From assembly GCA_040954595.2 (NCBI GenBank), contig CM082584.2:3069344-3133343 (forward strand): DNA of 64,000 nt, given 5' to 3'. Made by a program: the position numbers and the translations under genes. Shown here in pieces: positions 40,289-52,955 of this stretch. Position 1 is the first letter of the stretch. Each line of letters begins with the position of its first letter. A model generated the notes under the pieces. That model saw only the letters and a program-made list of their open reading frames with translations. It searched no databases and was not told the origin of the DNA. Source of the DNA: Balanoglossus misakiensis. Taxonomy: Eukaryota > Animalia > Hemichordata.

Positions 40289-42970
40289 ACGAGTCTTTTA
40301 TAAAAAAATGGATATATTTTCATATTCCGCATATTCTCGGGATACAATTGATTTCCTGAACTGTCATTTTTAACAAATTTTTGCACAACTTTTAAATATT
40401 TGCAAAACCTGTTTCAACACATATCATACCTGTAAAACACGAGAACATTTGCGTGAGATTTTCAAAAATGTAACCATTAAACGTCACGTGGACACTTTGG
40501 TTCCTTTGAACGGTATGCTGTCGTACGTTGTATAACTTATTGTACCCAAAGAAATTGCGCAGTGAACAGGTGAAGGAGAAGCTGAATTAAAGGTACACGG
40601 TCTACTGTACAAATTACGTCACAGTTACCATGGCAAGGTCAGATCTACATGTAGCGAATGATGAATTTTCACGGGTGGCCACACGATATAAAAAGTACAC
40701 CACGACATGGTCATATGAAAATGTCGACAGGTTCTTTAAATCATATATGGCATATGTAAATTGGATGTGATTGTATCTATGTATCTGCTACCTGGCTCTA
40801 CGTGTATTTTCTTGGGCGGCGAACTCATTACAGATGTGTTGCCTGAGGGTAAGTCTTAATGATGGTAAAGATGCCCGCTGATCTGACAAATGTTTCTTTT
40901 GAAAAAAAGGTTGAAATCAGTCAAATAGCAATGTTGACGCGACCACTTGACGAGGCCATAAAGCTAAAACATCAAGATGCTGAAAAAAGCACGAACGCGG
41001 TTAAGTACATAAGAACCCCAAATCCTATTTTCCTTACGTTTTTTGATATTGCTATCGGAATATTCCTGTCGATTCCCAACGATATTTATAGTAAACGTTT
41101 ATCACAAAGTAGACAGCTACACTATAATTAACCAATTTCTTTGAAGTTACGAGGACGTTATCAAATGACACGTAAAAAATTAATAAATGTTTTATAATTA
41201 ATCGTGCGAGTAATTGCCTAAATGTTACGGTCCTTTACTAAATAATTACAAGAGCTTCCCGAAACGCTGTCGTTATCAAAAGAAGATTAATATATTATTT
41301 ATGAATATTTCTAATAATTCACGAGACTAATTGCTTTATAGATATTACTCATGGTATTCTATACGATATTACATTTATTTTGTGCACACGTGTTCTTTTA
41401 ATCGTGTGAATGAACTGTAGTTGTTTGATAGAAGTAACTTTCTAAGTTATGTTTATCGGTGACGTAGACTTGCCTACTCAAGTCTCTCTTTTGGTTTTGG
41501 AGAAACTGAGAGAAACCAGGCTAAAGAACTCGAACGTGTCACGGTACGAGCTCTGGCTCTCGATATATACCATACATTGTACGCACGTTCAATGGGCGAT
41601 TTTTGAGTACGTGCACCGGTTTCACAATCAAGACCTAGCAGGGAGCCAATGATGACGTCAGAGCTGGTGCACTTTTTTCAGGTCTGTTGATCTGGTGTTT
41701 ACTGCGAGGAGCTAGACGTCCGTGCGGATTCCCCCGGTTGCTCTGTCTTTCTGCAAAGACAAATCGCGGGTTTGTGATTGATTGATGTACTGTCTTGACG
41801 CATACCACGGCGCTGACAACACATAATGAGAAGCCCGCCTCATAAAGTAGACTCATCAATTCCGGAGGAAACCATGCATCTCAGCTGTGATTTCTAACCA
41901 GCCTCGTCCCAGCCGAATTGTTGCTTTTCGGAGCGAACACCGTCTGCTGGGTGTGATCAAAAAGCCATGGCAATACTACGGGCGAAGTAGACGACGTGCA
42001 CACAATTTAAGTGTTTCGGAACATAGAATTGAAAGTTGACATTGATTTCATAGAGATTCAATGCAAGTATGGCATATGTCTGTCTGACTGTCTGTCCGTC
42101 CGTCCACAGACAACCAACGGCACGTCCGCATATCACATATCAGCAATAATATACAATTTAAACCCATTCCCGCAAATTTGGCACAATGCTGGTATTATTG
42201 ATGTCACCGCTGTCGCACTTGTTTCATTTAGTAGAGCACACCTAGCATCTATACACACGCAAAAATCCCATCACATGCAAGAAGACCTACAGACAAGCAC
42301 CGTTGCCACCGTTGTCACGAAATGTTCTCAGACTCGTCCACTCATCGATTACAAATTTGAGACGCCCCAACGGTAAAGAGTAGGTCGCTCATCACGTTTG
42401 CTAATTCTACGTAGGATGATCGACAAGAAAATACCAGAAGCAAAGTCGCGTTACAAGGCCTGCACAAGTCATTCAATATACCCTTTCTGCTATAGTCTGC
42501 GCGGATTTACATTCTCGCGAGAGGAGATTATATATGAAAAGTGCCGTCCTCCTTTTAATGATTTTATCAGAGCTACATGGATTATAGTCTTATCGTTCAC
42601 GTTCACAACATTTAGAGGGCAGCGTTGTATGTCAAACAGATATCAGCTCAAACAGTCAAGACGTGCTTGCCATAGCAACTGACGAAGTCATTCCGTATAC
42701 TACACTAAAATGATCAAAACTGCCCGCTTCACACGAAGAAAGATTTTTATGTAGTGTGTCAAATCGCCTTCAATAAGGAACACAGAGAAGCGGATTTCAT
42801 GAGTCAAAACCATCAAAAACCCATAAATCAACCAGAGATGTTTAAAGGCTTTATCTGACGGGAATGTCATTCTGGGGATTACAATTTCAATGGGCAGCAA
42901 AGACGACAAATCAATTTGTAGTAGTGTGGGCGATTTTTAAGAGACTTCTGTAAACGTCAATCGCCGACCA

Positions 42971-43029
42971 TCTCTGTCTCTCTCTCTGTCTGTCTGTCTG
43001 TTCGTTCGCCCTCTCTCCCTCCCTCTCTC
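42971..43029. repeat. TC/TCTG compound microsatellite
   Basis: tctctgtctctctctctgtctgtctgtctg..ctctctccctccctctctc. Confidence 0.75.
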
Positions 43030-46000
43030 AATTTTACCACGCATGCAATAATTATTGGACACACTCACACGTGGTTCAAATATAGTTCTCCTCGGTGACG
43101 CCAAATGGCTTATCCAACCAGTAAATCTTGGTGTCGAGATGCTAAGACAATCCCCACAGAAAGACGTGGTGTCAAGCAGATATGATTTCACATTGGTTTT
43201 GAAAGTTTCTCAGCTGTTAGGCTCCTTCCTGTCTGTCTTTAAGCCCCGGTAGCTGCATCGTTTTACACTAGATATTTTTTTTCGCGAACTATCATCCGAT
43301 GTTTCTTTCACTTTCCAGTAAATCACACCCCGTATTACCGGCATGGGCCGTGTCAGTGCCGAAATGCCATTGTTTGGTGGCCTCCGCAGTTGGATGACAT
43401 TGCGCAATCTCAGATTAAACTTTCTTCTTCAAAACCCTGTCACCAAATCTGTCACGTTAATGGCTGCAGCTTCCGTGCGTTTGTTTGCCAAACCATCACC
43501 ACTAAGAAATTCAGAGAAGCATGTTCATATTATAAAGAATAAAGTTTCGCAGCTGCGGGATGACATCGATATAAAAAGCATATTTCGGTTTGTATACAGA
43601 TTATAAGAGACCTCTTGATTGGACATTAGCTGCGATCGGTCTGGTTTTTATTTTCGAATATCACGAACGTCGGCCCGAGGGGGCTGGCGTCAGGCTGCGA
43701 GCAATGTTGAAGGTTGAAAGACTTCTGTGATCACTCCTGAAGCGAACAGCTTTCTAATGAACATTGACGAGGAAATGCCATAAAAAATTTAAATACCCCT
43801 GCTCGACTGGGAATTCTTACAGCATTATTCTGTGTATATTGTGGCAGGTACACTGACGTCCGCGCAGAATTGATTTGAAATTTCAAGAGCCAAGTTCGAC
43901 ATGCGCTTATTGTTTGGAAGGGTGTGTTGCTTGAAAATATTTTTTCCCGTTACATTGTACTTCATGGCATTTCACGGGTGGACCTAGTTTTTGGCAATTC
44001 CCTGCCTTACAACTCTGCTGCGGATGATGGACCACGTTCACCAATTAACGACGTCGAAATGATAGAACCATATAATGGCAGAGTACCTTCTACTACGTCA
44101 ATTTAAATTAAAGTGATCGAGGGGTCACACTATCAAAATTACTCTCATTAGTATTGAAGGTATAGCCTTCATCTAAAATTAACTATGAAATGAATCTGAA
44201 TCTGAGGTCAACGTTATCGCAGTCTTGTAATTTTCCCCTTGCATCTACCTAATCAGTCACGCATGGCACCCTCGCTTCACATTCTGTAGGATGCTGTGTC
44301 GTGGTTATCCACACTGGCATACGCTGTTTAAATAGGGTCATCCCTAAATTCGGGGTCTAAAACAATGATATTTATAAGGGTAATCAAGTAATGCACCCCT
44401 AAAACTGTCAGATAACTTATGCATTTCTTCGTGTTGTGAAACAAATTTCTAATATAGATAAGTAAGGAGCCCGAACGCTCAAAGTCACGGTATGCTTTAT
44501 ACATTTTTAATGTACATGCATGTTTTATATGTCTTATTGCATAAAGCCTTCCCCAGGACAGATGTGTAAAACACGTTCTTCCCTAAGGATAGGTTTGTAA
44601 GATCTCCGCAATTCCTCCGACCCTCGCAAAACCGTGAAGATCCCTAGCGAAACTGGATACATTACAGAGTCAAGCGTAAGAACCCAACAAAGATAACCGA
44701 GTCATCATTTCCCTCTGTCCAATATTCGCATGCATGTGCTGTACTAGGAAAGTCCCTATCTCACAATGCTGTTCAAATTTCACTGCCTTATCAATGGTGT
44801 GAGTGGCGCCCAATTACCGGTAGAGTGATGTGAAAGTAGATCGATGATATAAATCGTGCTAGGGGTTTTTCATTAATGCTTTTATACTTATGAATAAAAA
44901 TGGCCGTATAATTGGTCTCCCGTGCCTTGTCTTAAGTGCGAAGAAGTCAACCTATATCCATTTAGCCGAGAAAGGGTCGCGTATCTCCAGATGATATAGG
45001 CAGCTTAGGCGTCAGACTATACATAGGTTATCAGCATAGGCCAAACTGCACAATCACGACGCTTTTCCCACATTAGTGAGACGTCTGACACTTCAACTCA
45101 AGGACGTCAGCAAATAAAATAAGCATTGTGTCATCATCATTCACGTTAAAATTAAAGGAAACGAACCGATTCCATAGTATATCGAAGACACGCCGCTTCG
45201 CAGATCCAGGGTGTACCATAGATATATCGCCCCAATTTTTATTGAGGAACAGAATCGCATTATCCCATTTAGTTTTTATCAAGCCAAATGGTTGATTGCT
45301 TGTGGTGTTGAAGGGGCATATAATTAAAGATAACACGAATGAGATAACACGTTTTAGACTTACCATGGGGTCTCATACGTGGGCTGTGGCATGCAGTAAC
45401 GCTACAGGAATTATGACCAGCGCTTTATGTATGTCCCATTCACTGTTAAATGAAAATAATTTCAGATGCGAATAATATAGTAAAGAGACAGCACAGCTAC
45501 TGCAGATTTTACGAATTGGGATTCACGTGGTCAGAGGTGTTAACAACGTGTAATTGGCGACAAGAATACGAGACTAAGCATCGAATTGAAAAATTTCCCG
45601 AATACCGCCTTATTGAAAGAGCTACATCACTGGACTCATTAAATCAGCGACAATTTCGGTTCTAGTTTCTTCTGACGACAAGCAAGCAATAATCTGCTGG
45701 GACCCCCCAACCATTAAACCATTACATTAGACATAATTCATGCCAGGCAAAAAATACATCATCTTCATTTTTAAAGCATGCCCGCTTGCAAGGATTATAT
45801 TATTTGCTGAAAGGTTAGAGTAATTTGGTTTCCGTTCAATTCTTGTTAGGACTGATTGTACACAATCGCGGAGAACCTTTGCTGCCCAATCAATATAAAC
45901 GCAGAAGTATGTCGTCTCGGCCTGTTGTTTATGAAAAGACGGAAGTGTGAAATTTGTACTTGGTAGAGAGAAAGTAAAATGAAATAGGCTTAAGACTTTC

Positions 46001-46537
46001 GAGTCTAGGGAAGACTATGCCACTATATATGGGGAAGGGTCAACGTGTACAGGAAATGTAGCATTAGGTCACAATACCTTCGAGATTTCGCGGAGTTAGA
46101 AAGCGCAGAAAGAAAATCAGCTGGAGACTTGTCAGAAAGCCACATTCTGCAATAATGCGCTCCAGTTTCCTGAATCCTGTCACGAAGCTTAGGTAGAAGA
46201 AGCTGAATTAAAAGGATCGCGGAATACCATTACATAGTGGCATATGCGTGCAACAGGCTAAGACATCAATTTTCTCCCATATGGAAAATGGATTTATTTG
46301 ATGTGAATTGGATACTCCTGTTTGACAGGTATTGATAAAATCTAATTATGATGATCAACTCGAGCCTTTAGATATTATTAGATACCTCCATCTTCAAGGA
46401 AAATGTCAAAGCGTCATTACAACAGTCGCTCATATTATACTCACAATTTTACGCAGAAAAGCTAACTGATAAGCGATTTTCTAGCAAACGTACAAAATAC
46501 CTATAATAGTTAGAGTAACAACCGTAAACTTCTGTGA

Positions 46538-46596
46538 GTCTGTCTGTCTCTGTCTGTCTGTCTGTCTCTGTCTGTCTGTCTGTCTCTCTCTCTCTC
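46538..46596. repeat. (TCTG)n/(TC)n microsatellite
   Basis: gtctgtctgtctctgtctgtctgtctgtctctgtctgtctgtctgtctctctctctc. Confidence 0.8.
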
Positions 46597-49500
46597 CCCC
46601 TCGAGCTCTCCCATCTCTGTCTCAGTGTCACGACATGTTGCGTGGTTTCCGCCATTAATAGGTGATCATTTATTTCCCCCGCGAACCGCATGTCGCGACG
46701 TCGCCCACATTTCATAAAAGAATAAAGACATTGACGTAAATGGTCTAATTAATTCACTGACAGCATTGCAAGCGTCATTCATATTCCCTTTCTGTCGTGA
46801 GAATTGAAAAAGAAATGCTTTCAGCAAAATCCGGTGCGTTTTAATGATATTAAAATAATGACTGGAAGGTGTTGTGTTCATTCTTGCTCTTCAAGTTACA
46901 CTTGGGAAGTTCGGGAAATAAAACGCTGGAAAACCATTATCCAATTTTCCTTGGCGTTACATTTTTGGTAATTACCTTTAGGTATTATTTTCAGAGTATG
47001 TTTGTTCTGTAGACTTGACGGTTTTTTTGTTAGACTACTTAAAGCCCCACGAACTTCCATGTTGTATGCATATTTCAATATTCTCATTAGCATATACGGG
47101 TGACGCCATTTTGAATGGCAACCGTCCGTATCTCCGTTCATTGTCTTTGTAACGTCACGTCCATCTCGCGGCACACAGACGGGTTACAAACGATCATTTC
47201 CCAGCGTGCCATCTTAGCCAAATTAAACCCGTCAAGTAAATTTACAATGCTTTCTTCTTGTATTTTATTGCGATTGCCTTTACTATTTCAGTGTCAACTA
47301 GACATTGACTGACTGTACATCAGCAGAACAACGTGAAGCAAATAGGTAAATAAATGAACCTCGTAAAGGGGGTTAACATGCTCCATCTGAGACCTGGACA
47401 TCATCACATTCACGAGCGGTCACCAAAAAAATGAAGAAAGAAAGATGTTGAATATATTTGATTTAGGCAAGGTAAAATGGGTTAGACGAAAGCACACAAG
47501 TTGACGTTACTGCCTCACATATATAGGGCTGGAACAAATAAACCGTTTTTCGTCTTGTCGGAAGAAGCACGCACGAAACAAGACGCTGAAAGGAAGCGAT
47601 TGTATGTGTACAGATAATGTTCACGTCAGTTTTGACAGCTTAAGAGCGGATTCGGTCTGGACTACTCTGATGATGGCCCGGAGGAAAAGGAGATCGTCAC
47701 CGGCGGTCTGGCAGGGGGAAAAACCACGTCTTCGATAATTGATGGACTGTGGTGAAATTACCATTTGCCAGGTCAAGAGAAGCCCCACAAAATCCAATGC
47801 CTCATTAAAACACAATCAGCGTAGATAGTTTCCGCGAATCGGAGCAGTTCAATGATTCCGGATTTAATTACAAATGACCATTTACTAAAAACTGGCCGGG
47901 GTGTCTACGGACACGGTGTGAGGGTATAAAGTAAGCCCCGAGTACACGAGTCAAATTATCCGAAAATATTTGCCGTTTTATTTCCCACATCTGGGTAATC
48001 TTCCGCCTAAGAAACAATCGCGAGTTGCAATCAAGTGTTGGCGTCAGTACGAGACACTACGGTAATTGAAGAAACATGCCCGATATCTTTTGACGACCTC
48101 GCCGACCTTAAACTTTCGGCTATGGTGCTAATATATCCGCAGATAAGGTCCCACACAGGTAAGTACCGCGCGCTATCGCCAATACTGTGATATGATCTGC
48201 GGTGTAGTGAGTCGTTACGTGAGGGCGGTTGTCTCCAAACTAGTCACCCTGACTGAGTTAAAAAGCACCAGGGGGTCAAATTACAGCTGGTGGCAAGGTC
48301 ATAGTTTCTGTTCTTGATTGGTTTGTCTCCATTCAGTGAACATAGGTCGTCAGCCCAGAATTCTCCACATAAACGAACATAATTAAAAATCTGGGAGGAA
48401 AACATATGTTGCGGAAAATGTTTATACATAACCCCAAACTGTATTTGTCTTTTGTATATTTTCTCAATTTCGTATCATGTAATAGAATATAAGAGCTGTT
48501 AGGATATCATTGAAAATCGTCCAGTAGTGGGAAGTAGAGTTCATCTGTTGCGGGTACTATAACCAAACAGGAATTGGAGATGTTTTCATGTGATTTATTT
48601 TTGGTGGAGGGGAAAGCTTGATTGAACACCTGAGATGACCGTATCAAACAGTGTTCATCAAGTCGAAGGTGATTTTAGCTAACAACTTCTGTTCTTCTCA
48701 ATTTCATTCCGCTGTTGCTATTAAATCAGTGAGCAAAGGTCTTCTTAGTTCGAAAACAAAAAAAAGCAAATGGGTAATACACGGACAGAGGTGTCGTATA
48801 CCTGTTAATCCAAACCATGGATTGGACGAGGGATTCCTTTCAGTGTGATTAATTGATGGAAATGGAATAGCAGACTCGGTCATTCCATTTGGAACTTGAT
48901 GGACACCGTTAGTTTGATGGGTTCACCCCAAGTTCAAACTTCTCTCAGCGAACCATTACCATCAATCAAGCAGAAAACTTGGCATTTACTTTGATGATGT
49001 GATCTGAAGGCCATTTGAACCTTTTTGACGGCATCGTTGATGACTACTTTTGTATACGTTGCATTCTAGTCACGCCGTCACCAGCTCATATAAAGTGCAT
49101 CGACATTGCAAACGTCGTTTTTTTCCCCTCAGAGTGTTCGGACGACCGTTGAAAATGACCACGTTTTATTGTTTCCATATGGTAGTTAAGTGTGTTATTT
49201 AAAGATTGTGTGGTGTATGTGCATGAATTTATGAACACGCACGTGTTTACAGAGTTCGCATTTATGCTGATGTCGCATGGTGTGTTTCCACGTGATTCAA
49301 AGGATAAATGCTGGGCTATTTTAGATATGGGGATTCAGCCGAGTGGCTCAGTTTGCCTGTTAAATGACAAAGGGAAATTCGCTGCCCTCTATTGTTGCGG
49401 AAAGTGACAGAGAACACTCTGTGAATAAATATGCACGAAATAAAGGAAGGACGTAATAATACGTATCCGTATACTGAAACTGATCTAATGTGTAATTCCG

Positions 49501-51291
49501 GGTGCGTATAGTGGGCATCATGCTAATCCAGATGTCCACGCTGATCACATCACGACAACAAGCAATAAATAAAGCCATTGACTTTACTTAAAAGTGAAAG
49601 GTAAGAAGATCAACAAACAATAAAGGCAACCGATAAATTTCATCCCTATCTGCCTTCTGACGTCAAGATCCCGGAAATATATCTCACCAGATTCAGTTCA
49701 CAGAGAAACCCCGTCGGGCCATTCAGTAAATACGAGGACGTGGGCCGAAGGAATTAAGAGAAGATCCCGCACTTCAATAAGCTTTGATTACACCCTCAGT
49801 ACCGAAGTTACTCTTAGCAAATGACACATCGTTGAGAAAAATTACTTCCAGCAAACTGAATGACACATCGTTGAAAAATTCTTGCGTGAATCACGTTTTG
49901 CAAACACGCACTGCACGTGCATATATAATCGACGTTAATCGATCTGAGATTCTGTAATCGAATATTTGCGTTAACAAGAGATGCGTATTTTCAGCTATGA
50001 GATGTGAAAACTAAGCCTGTTTTATACTTGGGCACTGAACGCCTATATTTCCACGAGAAGACATGACAGTGAGCATTATGTTCTCGTCGTTGGCGGCAAG
50101 TCAACTCTAAAAAAATATTGTAGGCCTTAAAGTCAGCTAGGAAACAGTCTATTGAGTCTGGAACGAAAACTGCTTAGGGGATGTAAAATGACACCTGCAT
50201 TGTAGGAAAAGTCAATTTCCTAATGAATCTGATTTCGGGGTTCTGTCTCAACGTTCATAGGTTTCTTAAATATGACTTCAAGTTTAGTGAAACAGACATC
50301 GAACTGTACACTATGTAGGCCTATTAATCCATTCGAATTAGAGACAAGTTGTCAGAGAGATATAGTTTTACATCGAGGCCGGCGATTCATCATGGTCGAC
50401 TAATATTCTGTTCTCCCATTTATCAGCAAAATAATTTCAAAATATCAAATTTCAGACTGGCTCGTACATTATTAATATGGGTTCATTTTTTTCTGGCTAG
50501 CTATGATAAAGCTAATGTATTTTCCGTGCATTCCCTGTTGTTCTGAGAGATGTAAAATGTATGAAACTAATTACATAGCCTATCCGGTAGGTATCAAATG
50601 GCTGGTTTTTCAAGACGGTTTCAGTCATTGCTAAAGTTTGGGATTGGAAATATTCCTACGAATTTATTTTATTGATAAGATAAAGAAATGTGGACGGGTG
50701 TGTTACTTATAACGGAAAGGCACCAAATATTTGCTGAAACACACAAATGTACCAGTTTTGGTCCCCATTGTACATACCGTATTCAGGTCCATTTGACCTT
50801 TGACCCTTTAAGCAGAACTATACAGCATTGATACATGCACATACAGCATTATCAACTCTACTTCCGAAGATTGTGAGAATTCATCATCAATGCACGTCAC
50901 TCGGCAAACACCTTGCCAGTTTGTGCTTTTAATGAGCTATACTTCATATTTACAACAATTAAAGAATAAAGTTTCTTACCCATATTTGAAACACTCCAAA
51001 ACTTGTAAAGTGTTCTGCATAATGAAACGAGGGTTTGAAGTGACCAGCACTTGTCCCAGTAAAGCAACAAAAAAGTACTCTGACCATGATGTAACAACTA
51101 CTGACAAGGGTGCATTGTAACAACAGGACATGTAATAAAAGCTATGCATATCACCCGTTTTTCTAAACCTAATATGTATGCGCTGCTTGGCGACATAAAG
51201 TGTCTTCTGAGGTGCACAGAACGTGTTACACGACGTGTGTGAGAAAATTAAAGGCACAGAGGTTAATCTTTTTGCATTTATGAGTAACTAA

Positions 51292-52068
51292 GGGACCGTT
51301 CAGTTTTTACGGCCGGGGGGGGGGGGCGGCAAAATCTAGGGGGGGGGGTCACTTAAAGTTTGAAGTCCACAAGGGGGGGGGTCATCTGTTTTTTTTAAAC
51401 GTTTAGGGGGGGGGGGTCACATACTTTTGCCACCGAACTTTTGGTTTTGATTCCACAAAATTGCAGTTTCGCACCCTTTATTTTACAAAATTTTCTAATG
51501 TGGGAGGGGGACACCCCCTCCCACACCCACCCCCTTCATTCTCCGCCACATATATTTATAAATGATGTCATGACAAGATGACGCCAAATCTTCTAACTTT
51601 GAGTGGAGTGGCAAAAAGTAAAATTGGTCCTCCCAAACATTGAGATAATTTGCTTTCGAGTTCATTAAAATGCAACTTTGCGCTACATATTTTACAAACT
51701 TTTCTTACGCCCACCCCCGCCACTTTTCTTGTTTTACCGATTCTACCGACTTGTCATTTTAATTTGTTCATAGATTTCTTTATTGCAACGATATACTATT
51801 ATATACTTCAATAATACTTTAAGAAATATAGAATTTAGGTGTGAGGAGCCTCATTCCCTTTATTGCATACAGTGTACATAGGATCAGGACGGCGAATGTT
51901 TTGGGCGTGGGGGGGGGGGGTCATCATATTTTTGGGTCTGTCAAAGGGGGGGTCATCATTTTTTGGTCCTGGGTGAAGGGGGGGGGGTCGGCCTGATTTT
52001 GAGAACCGATGACACAAACTTGCCAGCCCCCCCCCCCCCCCCCCCCGCCGTAAAAACTGAACGGTCCC
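51292..52068. mobile_element. PIF/Harbinger-type MITE
   Basis: Perfect 22-bp TIR gggaccgttcagtttttacggc; TAA target duplication (51289-51291 and 52069-52071); internal G-run+gtca repeats. Confidence 0.88.
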
Positions 52069-52955
52069 TAAATGAGGATGTTGTGTAATGTGTCAAACTT
52101 TGTGGAATGAAGTTTTTCATTAGACACTGTATGAAGGCGTGAATTTCAACAGTAACCTGTCAGAAATGAAATTCTGGCACCCAACTTTGCGTAAACACGG
52201 TTGCATCTGTTGACGAGTACAAAATAATCAACTTACGCAACAAACACACAAGTACCGGTACACTGGGAAAAAGTCATTGATGATGACAGTCCCAACAGAG
52301 TTATTACTCTGATTGATTTAGATGTAAGAACATCTTGTACAATGTCTTACTACAAATGTGACAGAAAGTTAACTAAGAAATCATGGAAGACACACTTTGA
52401 TGTGTAAAATGACCAAAGAATTGCTCTGTTCTTGAAAAAGCAAGTGGCCGACTGGATATTAGTTTTATAAACAATTAGTTAAATGTAAGTTGGTGCTTAC
52501 ATTTTTATACACGTATATAGATAGAAGAGTGCTTTATATTTTCATAAACACCAACAGACTTCTATTGGGCAATGGATGCGCGGTGATAAAACCCCCAATC
52601 CTGAAAACCCACTCCAGCATTGCTAGCATTGCTCTATCACTGAAGCAACCTGTGTGCAACGCAAGCTGCTTGTGAAAGCAGACACACATCAAGACATCTG
52701 AATTTGGCAACAACTACATGAGGTAGCCTTTCTACGAGAAACTTTTTTGCAGCTTTACAAGTTAATGGTTTCACATATTTGTTGGTGGGCTACAGTTGTC
52801 CAACTTCAAAAAAAGAGGCATGGAGTCAACAGCCCGACCCTTTTTCACAAGAGAGGAAACCTGCTTGCGGTTGAAATTAACACCAAGGTCACAAATCCAT
52901 CATGAAATAAGACAACTCTGTGTTGCCTGGATGGCAAAAGTCTTCTTCACACAAA

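Noticed and set aside
47639-47755. Walker-A-like peptide IVTGGLAGGKTT after an acceptor-like ttttgacag
   Set aside because: The frame is only about 38 codons between stops, with no partner exons or Walker B; probably chance. A TBLASTX hit would revive it.
47920-48164. TATAAA followed by a perfect CAG/GTAAGT donor, a possible first exon
   Set aside because: No downstream coding exons were identified and such motifs occur by chance; transcript data are needed.
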